From positions 366 to 64,365 of the forward strand of contig DATCLN010000202.1 in assembly GCA_036563895.1 (NCBI GenBank): DNA of 64,000 nt. Reading direction: 5' to 3'. The stretch comes from Paenibacillaceae bacterium. GTDB taxonomy: Bacteria > Bacillota > Bacilli > Paenibacillales > Paenibacillaceae. Made by a program: the position numbers and the translations under genes. A model generated the notes under the pieces. It saw nothing but the letters and a program-made list of their open reading frames with translations. It did no database searches and was not told where the DNA came from. Shown here piece after piece: positions 62,402-64,000 of the stretch. Each line of letters starts with the position of its first letter. The first letter of the stretch is position 1.

Positions 62402-63945
62402 ACAAAAGGGGAACGTTGCGCCGATGGCTCATCCTCGGCCTGATCGCGGCGCTGGCGGGGTCGCTGCTGGCCGCCTGCAGCCGGGGGGCCGGCGAGCCGG
62501 AGGGTCCGAGGACCCTGCGGATCGGCATCATGTATGGCAGCGCGTACGACGATTACCACATCCGTCAGACGCTCACCGACGCCTTTGAGCTGACCATGCA
62601 GGGCGCCATCGAAATCGAGATCGTGCCGGCGGTCAATTACGACCAGCTCCAGTTCCTTACCCCGGAGGAACAGCGGAACCAGCCGGATGTCTATGAAGAG
62701 GTCAAGAAACTTCTCACCGGCCCAAATCCGGTGGACGTCATGGTGCTGGATTCCTCGCTGCTTACGCTTCTGGCGCGCGACAACCTGCTGGTGCAGCTGG
62801 ACCCGCTGATGGCCGAAGACAAGATCAACAAGGAAGACTTCGTGCCGGCCGTCATCGACGCTATCGCGGAAATGGGAGACGGCTTCATCTACGCCCTGAC
62901 CCCGACGTTCAACCCGTCCGCGCTGTTCTATAACAAAAAGCTGTTCCAGGAAGCGGGCGTGGAGTTTCCCACCGACAACATGACCTGGGACGACGTGTTC
63001 AACCTGGCCCGCCGGCTCAAGCGGGGCGAGGGCAAGGACGCGGTATGGGGATTCACGTTCAACGAATGGGGCGGCGGCGGAGGCTTCTGGGAGCTGCAAC
63101 AATACGCCCAGTCGCTCAACCTGCGCATGTACGACGATAACCTCGAGCGGATGACGGTCAACAACGACAGCTGGAGAAATGTGTGGACCACAATCACCCA
63201 GCTGTACAAGGACAAGGTGCTTCCGACATATGAGGATCTGATGGCGGATCCTCCCCAGGACGGCGTCTGGTACCCCTACATGGACCGGGCGTTCTTCCGC
63301 GGCAAGGTCGCCATGGTGCTGGGGAACTACGGCTTCATCAACGAACTGATGAATTTCAACAACAACGTCGACCGGATCCGGGACAAGGGCTTTGAACCCA
63401 TCGACTGGGACGTGGTGACGGTGCCGTCCCACAGCTCCATGCCGGGCGTCTCCGGCAGCATCTACCTGAACCAGCTGCTTGCCATCAACGCCAACGCCCA
63501 AAACAAGGAAGACGCCTGGACGTACATCAAGTTCATGACCGGCGATGAATGGGCGAAGCTGAAGTCCCGCAGCACGTGGGAAATGCCGGCGCGCAAGGCG
63601 TACATCCAGCCGCGCGGCGGGCTGAGCTACAACATCGAGGCGTTCTATTCCGTCAAGCCGGCGCCTCCGCGGTCGTATGCCGAACAGAAGCTGGAGCGGG
63701 ATTACCCGAATCTGTGGATGGTCCAACAGCTCGGCGATTTGCTTTACAACCAGGTGCTCCGCGGAGAGAAAACGGTGGACGAGGCGCTGGCGGAATGGGA
63801 AAGCCGCGGCAACGACCTGCTGCTGAAGATCAAGGAAAACCCGAACGGTCCCATCGAAGGCGTATTCGACGACCTGTACGGGGGCGGAGCTTCCCCTGGC
63901 ACGGGCAAAGTTATCCTGGAAAGTGCGCCTGCCATGCATGGATAA
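62398..63945 (+). CDS. SBP family-1-like lipoprotein, paralog 2
   Basis: The ATG overlaps the ATPase 2 stop (ATGA). It has a canonical signal peptide and lipobox (LILGLIAALAGSLLAAC). It is 515 aa long, with an extra C-terminal tail of about 24 aa compared with paralog 1. Confidence 0.8.
   Translation: MNKRGTLRRWLILGLIAALAGSLLAACSRGAGEPEGPRTLRIGIMYGSAYDDYHIRQTLTDAFELTMQGAIEIEIVPAVNYDQLQFLTPEEQRNQPDVYEEVKKLLTGPNPVDVMVLDSSLLTLLARDNLLVQLDPLMAEDKINKEDFVPAVIDAIAEMGDGFIYALTPTFNPSALFYNKKLFQEAGVEFPTDNMTWDDVFNLARRLKRGEGKDAVWGFTFNEWGGGGGFWELQQYAQSLNLRMYDDNLERMTVNNDSWRNVWTTITQLYKDKVLPTYEDLMADPPQDGVWYPYMDRAFFRGKVAMVLGNYGFINELMNFNNNVDRIRDKGFEPIDWDVVTVPSHSSMPGVSGSIYLNQLLAINANAQNKEDAWTYIKFMTGDEWAKLKSRSTWEMPARKAYIQPRGGLSYNIEAFYSVKPAPPRSYAEQKLERDYPNLWMVQQLGDLLYNQVLRGEKTVDEALAEWESRGNDLLLKIKENPNGPIEGVFDDLYGGGASPGTGKVILESAPAMHG
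62470..63872 (+). repeat. 1.4-kb direct repeat, copy 2 (SBP paralog body)
   Basis: Partner of 60017..61419. The RBS/start contexts are also similar (ATGGAGGGAAACCGCATGAA versus ATGGAGGGAGAATCCGCATGAA). Confidence 0.9.
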
Positions 63946-64000
63946 TCCCCGGGGCGTATCGCGCATGCTATAACGGGCGACGGAGGCGCCGCGCGCGGAA

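Overview
A 64-kb, roughly two-thirds G+C chromosomal core segment from an endospore-forming Bacillales bacterium. Gene order looks Paenibacillaceae-like, but the taxon cannot be proven from the sequence alone. Nearly all genes are on the + strand and syntenic with the B. subtilis ylbO-bshC / dcw / spoIIG / ylm-divIVA / ileS-lspA-rluD / pyr region.

In order, the window contains:
- an orphan SBP-like gene, a secreted coiled-coil protein (-), a DUF185/NDUFAF7-type methyltransferase, a small membrane protein (-), an RsfA-family regulator and another small membrane protein;
- bshC with a translationally coupled archaeal-type ahcY;
- mraZ-rsmH-ftsL-pbpB-spoVD-murE-murF-mraY-murD-spoVE-murG-murB-divIB-ftsA-ftsZ;
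- spoIIGA-sigE-sigG;
- ylmC-ylmD-ylmE-sepF-ylmG-ylmH-divIVA;
- a T-box(Ile) leader plus a type-2-like ileS, a DUF5665-like gene, a DksA/TraR (ylyA-like) gene (-), and lspA-rluD;
- a PyrR-attenuated but shortened pyr operon (pyrR-pyrC-carA-carB-pyrF-pyrE);
- a more accessory-looking tail: an ABC-2 exporter pair, glnS (-), and an atypical MacB/FtsX-type ABC locus with two different ATPases, an MFP lipoprotein, one 965-aa double-FtsX permease and two near-identical SBP-like lipoprotein genes.

I found no tRNA, rRNA, CRISPR, transposase, integrase or recognisable defence genes.

The observations most worth a second look are:
1. a 177-bp AT-rich element with nested 19-bp inverted repeats between murG and murB (MITE-like, or an operator array);
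2. the composite two-ATPase / two-SBP FtsX locus, including a 1.4-kb direct repeat and an AbrB-like tail on ATPase 2;
3. the pyr operon lacking pyrP, pyrB, pyrK and pyrD;
4. ahcY, glnS and a type-2 ileS in a Bacillales core context;
5. low-complexity extensions on housekeeping proteins (RluD, the DUF5665-like protein and others).

The very long antisense ORFs in the six-frame track are high-GC artefacts. All family assignments rest on motifs read by eye and on synteny; no database search was run.
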